From Acutalibacteraceae bacterium (GTDB lineage Bacteria > Bacillota > Clostridia > Oscillospirales > Acutalibacteraceae), in NCBI GenBank assembly GCA_045536495.1, contig JAZSNR010000027.1, positions 549-64,548 on the forward strand: a stretch of DNA of 64,000 bases. Direction: 5' to 3'. Within the stretch, counting starts at the first letter, position 1, and every line of letters starts with the position of its first letter. The notes under the pieces are model-generated. The model searched no databases. It had not been told where the DNA came from and was given only the letters and a program-made list of their open reading frames with translations. Both the position numbers and the translations under genes were made by a program. This document shows, one piece after another, positions 48,277 to 58,329 of the stretch.

Positions 48277-48337
48277 TATTTCATTTTTAGTCTTTTTATG
48301 ATATTATAACTTTAATCAATAAAAGGGAGTAAGCTTT

Positions 48338-48883
48338 ATGAAAATTATGATAGCATCCGATATTCACGGTTCTCTTAAATACTGCCGTGAATTAGTAGAA
48401 AAATATAGAGAAGAAAAATGCGAAAAATTAGTGCTTTTAGGTGATGTTCTCTATCACGGACCTAGAAATGATTTGCCTGAGGAATATAATCCCAAGGGGG
48501 TTATTGCACTTTTGAATGATATGGCGGAAGAGATTCTTTGCGTCAGAGGTAACTGTGAAGCAGAGGTTGACGAAATGGTGCTTTCTTTCCCTGTTCTTGC
48601 AGAATATGCTTTCTTTTATCATAAAGGAAGAATGTTTTTCCTTGCTCACGGTCACAAGCTCAATCCTCAAAATCTTCCTAAAATCAAAAAAGGTGACATT
48701 CTCTTTAATGGTCATACCCATATAAGCAAAATTGAAGAATTAGAGGGTGGATATATTTACGCCAATCCCGGTTCAGTTTCTATTCCTAAAGAGAACACAC
48801 CCAGAGGGTATATGATAGTTGATGATGAGGCTATTACTCATAAGACTTTGAGTGGGGAAAAAGTGCAGGAGTATATTCTTTAA
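48338..48883 (+). CDS. YfcE/MJ0936-family metallophosphoesterase
   Basis: MKIMIASDIHGS, LGD..YHGPRN, GNCE and GHTH motifs. Confidence 0.85.
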   Translation: MKIMIASDIHGSLKYCRELVEKYREEKCEKLVLLGDVLYHGPRNDLPEEYNPKGVIALLNDMAEEILCVRGNCEAEVDEMVLSFPVLAEYAFFYHKGRMFFLAHGHKLNPQNLPKIKKGDILFNGHTHISKIEELEGGYIYANPGSVSIPKENTPRGYMIVDDEAITHKTLSGEKVQEYIL

Positions 48884-48937
48884 TGCGGAGTGCGGAGTGC
48901 AGAATGGCTTCGTAAGGAGTGAAAGGAAAAAGAAAAA

Positions 48938-49423
48938 ATGAGAAGAGATAAAATAAATTATTATTTAGACATAGCCCAGACAGTTTCACAAAGATGCACT
49001 TGCTTGAGAAGGCATTACGGGGCAGTAATCGTTAAAGATGATGAGATAATTTCAACGGGTTATGTAGGTGCACCCAGAGGAAGACAAAATTGCACTGATA
49101 TGGGTGTTTGTATCAGAGAAAAGCTGAATATTGCCCGAGGGGAAAGATATGAGCTTTGCAGAAGTGTTCATGCGGAAGCGAATGCAATTATAAGTGCTTC
49201 AAGAAAAGATATGATAGGAAGTACAATTTTCCTTGTGGGAACGGATGTTAAAACAGGAGAATATGTTAAAGATGCTTGTTGCTGTTCAATGTGCAAAAGA
49301 ATGGTAATAAACGCAGGAATTGAAGAAGTGATAATTCGTGACGATAAAGATACATATCGAGTAATCAAAGTTTCGGATTGGATTGAAAATGACGAATCTG
49401 CAGAGGGTATACTTGGTTATTAA
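48938..49423 (+). CDS. deoxycytidylate (dCMP) deaminase, ComEB-like
   Basis: VHAEANAI and CC.MC...I.NAGI zinc-binding CDA motifs. Confidence 0.88.
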   Translation: MRRDKINYYLDIAQTVSQRCTCLRRHYGAVIVKDDEIISTGYVGAPRGRQNCTDMGVCIREKLNIARGERYELCRSVHAEANAIISASRKDMIGSTIFLVGTDVKTGEYVKDACCCSMCKRMVINAGIEEVIIRDDKDTYRVIKVSDWIENDESAEGILGY

Positions 49424-49433
49424 TAAAAATAAG

Positions 49434-49475
49434 AGCAACCGACAGTTTGCGAAAACTATCGGTTGCTTTTGTTTT
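49434..49475. terminator. bidirectional terminator
   Basis: Stem agcaaccga/tcggttgct followed by a T-run. Confidence 0.6.
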
Positions 49476-50418
49476 AAATTACATTTTTATATGCGAGTTC
49501 CATTGTTTTTGAAAGGGCGACAGCATCATCAATTCCGTAGGGAATGGGAGAGTCTGTTTCAATTGCATCAATCCAGGTTTGCATTGGTGATTTGGTGTTG
49601 TCGGGGACCTTCGGGAATACCCAACCGTCACCGATGTTATAGCAAACCTTGTTCATAAATCCGCCTGCAAGAATTGTTCCTTTTGAGCCTACAATCTCAA
49701 GCTGGAAGGGATTGTTCGGTGCAACGAAGCCTGTTTCACTGACACCGATAGCACCGTTTTTATATGTAAGAACAGTTACGGCATTGTCTTCAACGGAATC
49801 TACCATAACATTAGTGAATGCGGAGGAAGCCTTTTCTGGTTCGCCCATAAGCCAGTTGAGAATATACATTGAATGAGCACCCAAGTCCATCATTGCACCG
49901 CCACCGCAGGCTTCTCTGTCATAGAAGGTTTGCGGGAGCCAGCCTGCGCCTGCACCGTTGTGGGCGTTTCTCATTCGGCAGTAGTTTATTTCGCCAACAA
50001 GTCCATTGTCAACGGCATCTTTAATCCAAAGAAAATCGCCTCTTGTGCGCCACGGGAATGAAATGCAGAATTTAACGCCGTTTTCTTTTACTGTCTTTGC
50101 AACATCAAGAGCATCTGCTTCTGTAAAGCAAAGCACCTTTTCCGTAAAAATATGTTTTCCTGCTTGGGCGGCTTTTTTCATAACCGTATGATGCAAGTCG
50201 GTGGATGTGCAAACTAAAATCCCATCAACATCAGTTCTTTGCAGAAGCTGGTCATAGTCTTCAACATATTCGCAATTATATTGTTTTGCATAATGGAGTG
50301 CGCTTTCTTTATTGTTGTCCCAAATAGCAGTGATTTTGCAAAGGGGATTATCTAGGATAGTGTTTGCATATCCTTCAAAATGAACATGCCAGGTGCCTAC
50401 TAATGCTATATTAATCAT
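49474..50418 (-). CDS. Gfo/Idh/MocA family oxidoreductase
   Basis: INIALVGTWHVHFEGY has a Rossmann-like start with the typical family layout. 314 aa. Confidence 0.8.
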   Translation of the reverse strand: MINIALVGTWHVHFEGYANTILDNPLCKITAIWDNNKESALHYAKQYNCEYVEDYDQLLQRTDVDGILVCTSTDLHHTVMKKAAQAGKHIFTEKVLCFTEADALDVAKTVKENGVKFCISFPWRTRGDFLWIKDAVDNGLVGEINYCRMRNAHNGAGAGWLPQTFYDREACGGGAMMDLGAHSMYILNWLMGEPEKASSAFTNVMVDSVEDNAVTVLTYKNGAIGVSETGFVAPNNPFQLEIVGSKGTILAGGFMNKVCYNIGDGWVFPKVPDNTKSPMQTWIDAIETDSPIPYGIDDAVALSKTMELAYKNVI

Positions 50419-50421
50419 ATC

Positions 50422-52518
50422 TTACAACTCAACTTTCTCACATTCATAACCAAGTAATTCATTACTTACCTTATCGGGTTGATGTCCGCCGATATGGAGA
50501 GTGATTTTGCCGTCGGGAGTTACTCTTTCGCCGTTTTTGAGAACCGCTTTAATCCAATATGTATCAATATCAATTGTTACATTTGCACTTTCGCCTGCCT
50601 GGAGATTTGTTGATTTAATACCGCAAAGCTGGAAGTGGGGAGTGTGGGTTCTTGAATCGGAATACTCTGCATAAATCTGTGTTTTTTCAATACCTGCTCT
50701 GTCGCCGATATTCTTAACATCAACGCTTACTTTTATAGTATCATCGTTCTTTTCAAGAACTTTTGCATCTGTGTACTGGAACTTAGTATATGAAAGACCA
50801 TAACCGAAGGGGTAGAGTGCATCGCCCTCGATAAAGCGATAGGTTTTACCCTGCATATTGTAATCTGTGAAATCGGGGAGGGGATGCTCGCCGTCATAGA
50901 TTGTTACGGGGAGTTTACCGCAGGGATTATTTTCGCCTGCAATTGTTTTTGCAATTGCAAGACCGCCCTGAGAACCGGGATACCAAGCGTGAATGATTGC
51001 TTTTGCGTGGTTTCTTACCTTTTTCCCAAGGTCAACGGAGCTACCGCACATAATAACAACAATAACATTATCACAAGCATCGCAAACCATTTCTGCAAGC
51101 TTCTGCTGTGTTTTGGGGAGATAAATATTTTTCTTATCACCGCAAGCGGTATAGTCATTATCGTAGCCTGTGTCTTCGCCCTCAATTGAGCAATCAAGAC
51201 CAAGAGCAAGAATTGTAATATCTGCTTCTGCGGCAGCAGCTGCACCGTCGCTGAGCATATTGCCGAAGCCACTCCATTCATTGATTTTTTCGTGGCAGTA
51301 GTTACAACCTCTTTCGACAGAAATATCAGCATCTGTGAATACTCTTCTCATACCATCTGCAACTGTAATGTATTCGGAAGCGTAGGCATTGTAGTTACCC
51401 TCAAGAGCAGTAACAGAAAGAGCATTAGGACCGATAACTGCAATTTTCTTATTGGTGTTTTTATCGAGGGGTAAATAATTATCGTTTTTAAGAAGAGTTA
51501 CGCAGTTTTCAGCGGCTCTTAAGTTAAGCTCTCTGTGTTCTTTGCAGTCAAGCTTGCTGTAAGGAATATCGGAATAGGGTCTTACCTCTTCAAATTCGCC
51601 TAAAAGGAAACGAATCATATAAAGTCTTTCGGCGGCTTCTGTGATTTGCTCCTCTGTAATAAGGTCTTCTTCATAAGCATCAACGAGAGCGTCGTAAGTC
51701 TGACCGCAGTTAAGGTCGCAGGAGTTTTTAAGAGCAGCTGCCGCTGCTTCTGCTCTTGTTTCTACGAATTTATGGAATTCATAAATGTCCTGCAATGCAC
51801 CACAGTCGGAAACGAAGTAACCGTCAAAGCCCCAATTCTTACGGAGAACCTCACCCATAAGGTAAGAATGTGCGCAACAGGGTTCACCGTTGGTGCGGTT
51901 ATATGCACCCATAACGCCTGCAACACCTGCTTTAACTGTCTTTTCAAATGCAGGGAGATAGGTTTCGTAGAGGTCGTGGAGAGTTGCCACAGCATCAAAA
52001 CCGTGGCGGTCTTTTTCGGGGCCTGAATGAACGGCAAAGTGCTTTGAACAAGCAGTACCCTTATAAAATTCGCCGTCACCCTGAATACCTTTAATGAAAG
52101 CAGTGCCGAGGGTTGCGGTAAGGTAAGGGTCTTCACCGAAGGTTTCCTGACCGCGTCCCCAACGAGGGTCACGGAAAATGTTGATATTGGGAGCCCAATA
52201 TGTGATACCCTTGAAAATATCGTGGTCGCCATATTCAACGTGCTTGTTGTATTTAATACGACCCTCTGTGGAAATTACATCAGAGATTTGGTTGATAAGG
52301 TCGCTGTCAAAGGTTGCCGCCATAGCAATTGTATGGGGGAAAACTGTTGCAGTTCCGCTTCTTGCAACGCCGTGAGCACCTTCATTCCACCAGTTATATG
52401 CTTTTATTCCAAGTCTTTCAATGGCAGGTGAAGTATAAAGGAGCTGGGTCATTTTTTCTTCAACCGTCATTTTGGACACAAGTTCTTTTGCTTTGAGTTT
52501 TGCTTCGTTTTTTGTCAT
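50422..52518 (-). CDS. GH3 beta-glucosidase/beta-xylosidase (cytoplasmic)
   Basis: MT.EEK..QL, NWWNE..HG, RDPRWGR..E.FGEDP and FVSDCGA (nucleophile region) motifs. Confidence 0.9.
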   Translation of the reverse strand: MTKNEAKLKAKELVSKMTVEEKMTQLLYTSPAIERLGIKAYNWWNEGAHGVARSGTATVFPHTIAMAATFDSDLINQISDVISTEGRIKYNKHVEYGDHDIFKGITYWAPNINIFRDPRWGRGQETFGEDPYLTATLGTAFIKGIQGDGEFYKGTACSKHFAVHSGPEKDRHGFDAVATLHDLYETYLPAFEKTVKAGVAGVMGAYNRTNGEPCCAHSYLMGEVLRKNWGFDGYFVSDCGALQDIYEFHKFVETRAEAAAAALKNSCDLNCGQTYDALVDAYEEDLITEEQITEAAERLYMIRFLLGEFEEVRPYSDIPYSKLDCKEHRELNLRAAENCVTLLKNDNYLPLDKNTNKKIAVIGPNALSVTALEGNYNAYASEYITVADGMRRVFTDADISVERGCNYCHEKINEWSGFGNMLSDGAAAAAEADITILALGLDCSIEGEDTGYDNDYTACGDKKNIYLPKTQQKLAEMVCDACDNVIVVIMCGSSVDLGKKVRNHAKAIIHAWYPGSQGGLAIAKTIAGENNPCGKLPVTIYDGEHPLPDFTDYNMQGKTYRFIEGDALYPFGYGLSYTKFQYTDAKVLEKNDDTIKVSVDVKNIGDRAGIEKTQIYAEYSDSRTHTPHFQLCGIKSTNLQAGESANVTIDIDTYWIKAVLKNGERVTPDGKITLHIGGHQPDKVSNELLGYECEKVEL

Positions 52519-52670
52519 CCGGATTTCTCCTTTTCGGGAATTTTTTTTATAAGGTAAATATAAACTAAATATATAATATAGTCAATGAATGAAAGCCACA
52601 AAAAATAAGGGAAAAACTATAACAAAATGACAAAATAGAAACGGTTGTTTTTATCGGCAATTTTTATAAA

Positions 52671-52712
52671 AAACAACAAACCGCCTGTATTTAGGCGGCT
52701 TGTTGTTTTTTG
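52671..52712. terminator. bidirectional terminator-like hairpin inside a gene-free region
   Basis: Stem aacaacaaaccgcc/ggcggcttgttgtt with flanking A6 and T6. Confidence 0.55.
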
Positions 52713-53312
52713 GCTTTTTATGAAACTATCTTTATATATCTACCTTGAAGTCCGATTCGGCGATAAATATGGGCGAAGCGGAAGTTCAAGGGGTATATCA
52801 ATAAAAGCGTTATCTTTTAATAACAGGGACTATTATACATATATTTTTTTGAAAGTCAAGACAAGATGTACAAATAGTAAAGCGCTGTGTTGTGCAAAAT
52901 ATACAACAAAGATAAAGAGCCGAATGTGCTTGTCTTGCATAAAAGAGTCAAAGATAAATTGCGGGTTTTGTATATTTTGCACAATACAGTAAAAGAAATT
53001 TAACACATTATGACTAAAAAGTTGGATTATTTTTAAGAGGCGACAAAAAAGTTTGTGAATGTTTTTACAGCTCATTTTAAGGGGATAGGAAAAAAAGATG
53101 CAGAACGGACAAACCGAGCAAAAACAAGGCTTCAGACTTGTTTTTGTTTGCCCGAAGGCGTACAAAGGTACGTCGAGTGGCGAGGTTTGTTCGTAGCATG
53201 AAACTTGAATTTTTTAATAACTTGGTTTTTTTATTGTTTAAGGGGTTCTTACAGGTATCAGTCCTGCAGGAACCCCCTTGATACATATTGTTTTATGCGG
53301 TCTGCGCTTTTT

Positions 53313-54878
53313 TTACATCCTCTTTTCTTCGTGATATTCTTGTTCAGTGTTAACATTCCAGATTTGAGCTTTGTCTGTTTTACCGTTTTTGATGCAATCA
53401 ACCGCTTCCATTGCGGTGAGCATTGAATGGTCCATATTGTTGTAGCGATGCATACCGTTTCTGCCGATGCAATAAAGATTTTCGATTTTATCTAAATATT
53501 CTCTCACCTTATCAAAATCTTTATAAGTGCCGAAATAGGCAGGGTAGGCTTTTTTGACCTTTATTCTGGTGGCATCAAGAATGTCCTCTTTATCAATTAC
53601 ACCGATTTTTTGAAGCTCGTCACAAGCGAAATTGATAAACTCTTTATCGGACATATTCCAGAATTCGTCACCCTCGTTGCAGAAATATTCAAGACCTACC
53701 CATACTGTGTTTTCAGGGTCTTTTACCATATATGGTGACCAGTTATTGAAAATCTGGAGTCTGCCGATTTTTACATCTCTTTCCTGAATATAAATCCAGC
53801 AGTCAGGGACGATATTGCCGAGAGTTTTGTGCTCCGTTTTGTTTTCCAATTTAAGCTTATTTACAAGAAGTCCTACGGTTATAAAATCGCGGTAGGGAAG
53901 GTCTTTTGCAATATCGTTCACGTCTTCGGGAACGGGATTGCCCATTCCGAGAACAAGGTCCTTTACGGGCATTGTAGAAATGAAATAATCGGCTTTGTAT
54001 TGTTTTATTCCCTGAGGAGTTTCAACACCGATATGAGAAATTTTTCCGCACTCGGTTTCAAGGGTGACAACGCGATTATTTTTAAGAATTTTTCCGCCTT
54101 TTTTCTCTATTTCTTCCGCGAGAGCTTCCCAAAGCTGACCGGGACCTTTTTTCGGGTAATAGAACTGCTCTATTAAAGAGGTTTCTACCTTATCTCCTTT
54201 TTTGAAAGGCTTTGTTATTACATTGAGAAAGGCTTTTGTAAGGGAAAGCCCTTTAACCCTTTGAGCACCCCAATCAGCAGAAATCTGAGATGGATTTATA
54301 CCCCAAAGCTTTTCGGTATAATCCTCGAAAAACATTTCGTAAAGCGGTCTGCCGAAACGGTTTATATAGAAGTTTTCTAGAGAGTCTTCATCCTTTTTGA
54401 AAACACAGGAATAAACATAACCGAAGCCTGCCTTTATTGTTCGCGAAAGTCCCATATTTATAAAGGTTTCCGGCTTTAAGGAAATGGGGTAATCAAAGAA
54501 TTTTCTTAAGTAATAGATTCTTGAAACGCGGTTTCTTAAAAGCAGAACCTTATCGTCTTTTTCAGGGTCGGGGCCATTTTCAGAGAGTTCTTTTTCCGTG
54601 CCTGTTTTTATATCATCATAAGAGGGTTTGCTTTGCAAAGGCATAAGCTCTTGCCAAAGCTCGTTTACCTTATCAATTTTAGAAAAAAATCTGTGACCGC
54701 CTATGTCCATTCGGTTGCCGTTATATTGGGCAGTACGGGAAATTCCGCCGATAAATTCGCTTTCTTCAAGAATTACGGGGATTATATCTGTGTTCTTTAA
54801 AAGCTCGTAAGCGGCAGTAAGCCCTGCAGGACCTGCACCGATTATTATTGCGGTTTTTTGAGTTGCTATGATAATCAC
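53313..54878 (-). CDS. NAD(P)/FAD-dependent oxidoreductase (amine-oxidase / UDP-galactopyranose-mutase-like fold)
   Basis: [17 protein letters not shown] is a dinucleotide-binding motif. 521 aa. The specific substrate is unknown. Confidence 0.7.
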   Translation of the reverse strand: MIIIATQKTAIIIGAGPAGLTAAYELLKNTDIIPVILEESEFIGGISRTAQYNGNRMDIGGHRFFSKIDKVNELWQELMPLQSKPSYDDIKTGTEKELSENGPDPEKDDKVLLLRNRVSRIYYLRKFFDYPISLKPETFINMGLSRTIKAGFGYVYSCVFKKDEDSLENFYINRFGRPLYEMFFEDYTEKLWGINPSQISADWGAQRVKGLSLTKAFLNVITKPFKKGDKVETSLIEQFYYPKKGPGQLWEALAEEIEKKGGKILKNNRVVTLETECGKISHIGVETPQGIKQYKADYFISTMPVKDLVLGMGNPVPEDVNDIAKDLPYRDFITVGLLVNKLKLENKTEHKTLGNIVPDCWIYIQERDVKIGRLQIFNNWSPYMVKDPENTVWVGLEYFCNEGDEFWNMSDKEFINFACDELQKIGVIDKEDILDATRIKVKKAYPAYFGTYKDFDKVREYLDKIENLYCIGRNGMHRYNNMDHSMLTAMEAVDCIKNGKTDKAQIWNVNTEQEYHEEKRM

Positions 54879-54883
54879 TCCTT

Positions 54884-56926
54884 TTACAACAGTTCTCTGT
54901 TGTAGAGTCCGTTTGTCTTCTTACCGTCAATGGTTTTGCTGTTTTTGTATGATTGATAGATTTTTTCACATTCCTTTTTTGTTTCAACTGTAAAATATAA
55001 TGTAACAAAATCCAAATTTGAAAGATTTTTATCGCCTATATAAAGAGGTACACTGTTATGAAGAACAGAATATTTTTTATTGTGGCACAAAAGGGGGAAA
55101 TCAATTCCTTTTCTGTCTGTAAGAATGGATTTACCGTTGCAGTTAAGGCAACCGTTTTCGCTTTTTTGAGGACAGGCTCTCATTAACATAATTGGCAAAT
55201 AACCGTAAATATATGCACCTTTTTCTATATCTGCGCAGATGTTTTTAGTTGCTCTTTCGGAAAGCTCAAAGGAAAGGGTAATGTCTGTTAATCCCATCGC
55301 CTTATAAGACTGCGCAGAAATGCTGTTTGTTACATTAAGACCGTGAGAACCGTGAATTCTGAATCCTGCTTTTTTGAGAAGAGAAATTCCGCCGATATTA
55401 CCTGTTACACCTCTTACAATGCCTATCTTTTTGATTGTCGAAAGTTTTTTTAGAATTTCGGCTTCATCCTCGGGGTAAATGAGTTGAGGAAGCTCTGCTG
55501 CGATTTTTACGGGTAAGCATTCTGTTTCTTCCATATTATTGAGGATTTCGTCAATAGGAAGAATTACTATATCTGCTTTTTCAAAATCCTCGCTGTACTG
55601 GGAAAAGCTTTGAAGACGAATTCTTGTTTTGGGTTTTGTAAAGTTGTTTTCGGCTTTTTGTATATCGGGATTTATTTGATTGATTTTATAATTTTTAGCG
55701 GAAAGCTTTTCTTCCAGAAGATTTGCTCCATCGCGCCTTAAAGCATTTATTGCAGAAGCAGGAAGAGTTAATAAATCTTTATTTTCGAATTCAAGAGAAC
55801 CTAAATAAAATGAGGTTTCGCCCAATTTAGAAAGGTTTCGGGAAGCAATTTCTTCTGAAAGGGGAGCGGTACGAGGTTCTTGGGGAATGTCGCCTTTTAC
55901 CTCAACCGTAATACCTTTGGATGTTAAATAAAGAGTTGTTGGCTCCTCTTTTTTCAGAACGAGTTTTGCATTCAGTTTATTAGGGCGGATTTCGTCTTTA
56001 TATAAGTTTTCAAGCTCTTTTAAAACACTGCTTGCAGAGGTCACATCCTCCTTAACACGATAGCCGAACATATCAACAGTTCTTTTGCCTTTAAGATAGC
56101 CGTTTGTAAATCCGCTTCGGGAGAAAACGGAACGAAGAGTTCCTTTGTCATAAAGCTCATTGTTTATAGCCTTTTTAAGGCTCGTTACTGCGGCGGCGAC
56201 ATATTCGGGACGCTTCATTCTGCCCTCAATTTTGAAGGAGTCAATACCTATGTCTAGAAGGTCTTTTATATTGTCAAGATAGGACATATCTTTAAGAGAG
56301 AGCGCGTATTCTCTGCCGTGAGCATTTTTCCAATTAAGGCGGCAGCCCTGGGCACAAAGCCCTCTGTTTCCACTTCTTTCTCCCAGCATTGCAGAAAGAT
56401 AACAGTTGCCCGATGCACTCATACAATGGGCACCGTGAACAAAAACCTCAAGCTCTGCTTTTACTTCGTTTCTTATAGCTTTCATTTCTTGGAGTGAGAG
56501 TTCGCGTGCTAAAACTATTCGTGAAAATCCCATTTCTTCGAGAAATTTTGCTCCTGAAAGATTGTGAACCGCCATTTGAGTAGAGGCGTGAAGAGGCATT
56601 TCGGGACAAATTTCTTTTAAGGCTTTAACAGTTGCAAAATCCTGAACAATTACTGCATCTGCACCGCTTTGGGCAATAGCTGTTAATATTTTATATAATT
56701 CTTCAATTTCTTTATCGAAAATTAAAGTGTTAAGAGTAACAAAAACTTTTACATTACGAAGACGGCAGTATTTAACTGCATCTTTTAAATTATTGGTTGT
56801 AAAATTGCCAGCATTACGCCGAGCGTTGAAATTATCAACACCCAGATACACTGCATTTGCACCGCTTCTTACAGCGGCTTTTAACTGTTCTTGCGCTCCA
56901 ACAGGAGCGAGGATTTCGTGAATCAT
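54884..56926 (-). CDS. U32 family peptidase-like protein (long form)
   Basis: ELLAP.G....L.AA...GA.AVY.G and the E.F.HGA.C.S.SG.C motif. Confidence 0.85.
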   Translation of the reverse strand: MIHEILAPVGAQEQLKAAVRSGANAVYLGVDNFNARRNAGNFTTNNLKDAVKYCRLRNVKVFVTLNTLIFDKEIEELYKILTAIAQSGADAVIVQDFATVKALKEICPEMPLHASTQMAVHNLSGAKFLEEMGFSRIVLARELSLQEMKAIRNEVKAELEVFVHGAHCMSASGNCYLSAMLGERSGNRGLCAQGCRLNWKNAHGREYALSLKDMSYLDNIKDLLDIGIDSFKIEGRMKRPEYVAAAVTSLKKAINNELYDKGTLRSVFSRSGFTNGYLKGKRTVDMFGYRVKEDVTSASSVLKELENLYKDEIRPNKLNAKLVLKKEEPTTLYLTSKGITVEVKGDIPQEPRTAPLSEEIASRNLSKLGETSFYLGSLEFENKDLLTLPASAINALRRDGANLLEEKLSAKNYKINQINPDIQKAENNFTKPKTRIRLQSFSQYSEDFEKADIVILPIDEILNNMEETECLPVKIAAELPQLIYPEDEAEILKKLSTIKKIGIVRGVTGNIGGISLLKKAGFRIHGSHGLNVTNSISAQSYKAMGLTDITLSFELSERATKNICADIEKGAYIYGYLPIMLMRACPQKSENGCLNCNGKSILTDRKGIDFPLLCHNKKYSVLHNSVPLYIGDKNLSNLDFVTLYFTVETKKECEKIYQSYKNSKTIDGKKTNGLYNRELL

Positions 56927-58155
56927 ATATCTGTAATAATTTCTTTCTTTTCTGTTCTCACTCTTAAAATATCACCTTTTTTTACATCTGCGGTGCAGTC
57001 GAGGGTGAGAAATTCTTGAGGGTGGCAAGCACTTTCGCATTCTTCACCCTGTTCATTTACAATTTTTGTTGCGGTGAATTTCATACCGAAGGTTTCGGGG
57101 GAAAGCACCTCAATTGTGTCGCCTAATTTAAAGAAATTACGCTGTTGGATTTTAAGCTTACCGTCTTTACAGTCTTCCAGGGCAACGCCTGCAAAGGTGC
57201 AATCCCAATGATAAAGTCCGTCGTTTTTGTGACCGTGAACAAGGTTTCCGAAATAGAAACCGCTATTATAGGGACGGTGGCTTATAGCATTAAGCTCATC
57301 ATCGAGAAGCTCTAAAGGTGCAGATTTGTCAATTGCTCTTCTGTATGCATTGACAACGTGAGAAACGTAGAATTCCGTTTTCATTCTGCCTTCGATTTTG
57401 AATGAGTCAATGCCCGCATCTGCAAGCTTGTCCAAAAATCCGATAGCTTTCATATCGTGGGATGAAAGAAGAGCTGAATGGTCGGGGTATTCTTCCAATT
57501 TCATATATTCATTGGGGCGGTTTCTTTCTACAAGATAATATTCCCAACGGCAAGGCTGAGTGCATTCGCCTCTGTTACCGCTTCTGCCGTTCATATATGA
57601 TGAAATAAGGCATCTGCCCGAATACGCCATACACATAGCACCGTGAACAAAGGCTTCAAGCTCAAGCTCTTCAGGGATTTTTGAATGCATTTCGGCAATT
57701 TCGTCGATAGTCATTTCACGGGCGATAACAATTCTTGAAGCGCCCATTTCATAGTAGGCGAGAGCGGAAGCATAGTTGCAACAATTAGCTTGCGTGCTGA
57801 TATGCACTTCCAAATTTGGTTCTGCCTGTTTTATTGTTCTGACTGCGCCTAAATCCGACACGATAACCGCGTCAACACCCAAACCATAAAGAGTTCGGGC
57901 GTAGGATTTGAGAGGCTCGATTTCATTGTTCTTTGTGAAACTGTTTACTGTAACATAAAGCTTTTTGTTTTTTGAATGCAAAAGCTTTACGGCAGCATCA
58001 ATATTCTCTTGCGTAAAGGCAGATTTTTCTGCTCTCAACTGAAGAAGAGGTCCGCCGATATAAACCGCATCCGCACCGAAGCGGTCAGCGGCAATAAGGC
58101 AGTTCATATCTCCCGCAGGAGCGAGAAGTTCAACTTTGTTTTTTAGCTCGTTCAT
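56923..58155 (-). CDS. U32 family peptidase-like protein (YrrO/YegQ-like)
   Basis: VELLAPAGD, AVYIGG and EAFVHGAMCMAYSGRCL motifs. There is a 4-nt overlap with the downstream U32 gene. Confidence 0.88.
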   Translation of the reverse strand: MNELKNKVELLAPAGDMNCLIAADRFGADAVYIGGPLLQLRAEKSAFTQENIDAAVKLLHSKNKKLYVTVNSFTKNNEIEPLKSYARTLYGLGVDAVIVSDLGAVRTIKQAEPNLEVHISTQANCCNYASALAYYEMGASRIVIAREMTIDEIAEMHSKIPEELELEAFVHGAMCMAYSGRCLISSYMNGRSGNRGECTQPCRWEYYLVERNRPNEYMKLEEYPDHSALLSSHDMKAIGFLDKLADAGIDSFKIEGRMKTEFYVSHVVNAYRRAIDKSAPLELLDDELNAISHRPYNSGFYFGNLVHGHKNDGLYHWDCTFAGVALEDCKDGKLKIQQRNFFKLGDTIEVLSPETFGMKFTATKIVNEQGEECESACHPQEFLTLDCTADVKKGDILRVRTEKKEIITDI

Positions 58156-58329
58156 AAATTTCTCATTTCTAATTTGTAGTCTTTATTTTTATTTATATAA
58201 TTTTACACTATATTTGGCTAAAAAACAAGGTGTAATATACTTGATTTTTAAGAGTATGCTGTGTTATAATGATTTTCTATTATAGGTTATTATGTTCTAT
58301 TACGTGATATCACACGAGGAGATGTTAAA

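Noticed and set aside
47155-48284. Long alternative-frame and antisense ORFs inside dnaJ (224 aa on the + strand, 208 aa on the - strand), and similar ORFs inside dnaK, pflB, GH3 and other genes in the ORF track
   Set aside because: They overlap strongly supported conserved genes. Their composition is low-complexity and biased (Ser/Leu/Arg/Thr-rich). They have no RBS. They are typical shadow ORFs.
53098-53196. A 32-aa Cys-containing small ORF (MQNGQTEQKQGFRLVFVCPKAYKGTSSGEVCS) with a weak AGGA RBS
   Set aside because: A 10-bp terminator-like hairpin (53119-53149) lies inside it. The RBS is weak and the composition is not coding-like. No partner modification genes are nearby.
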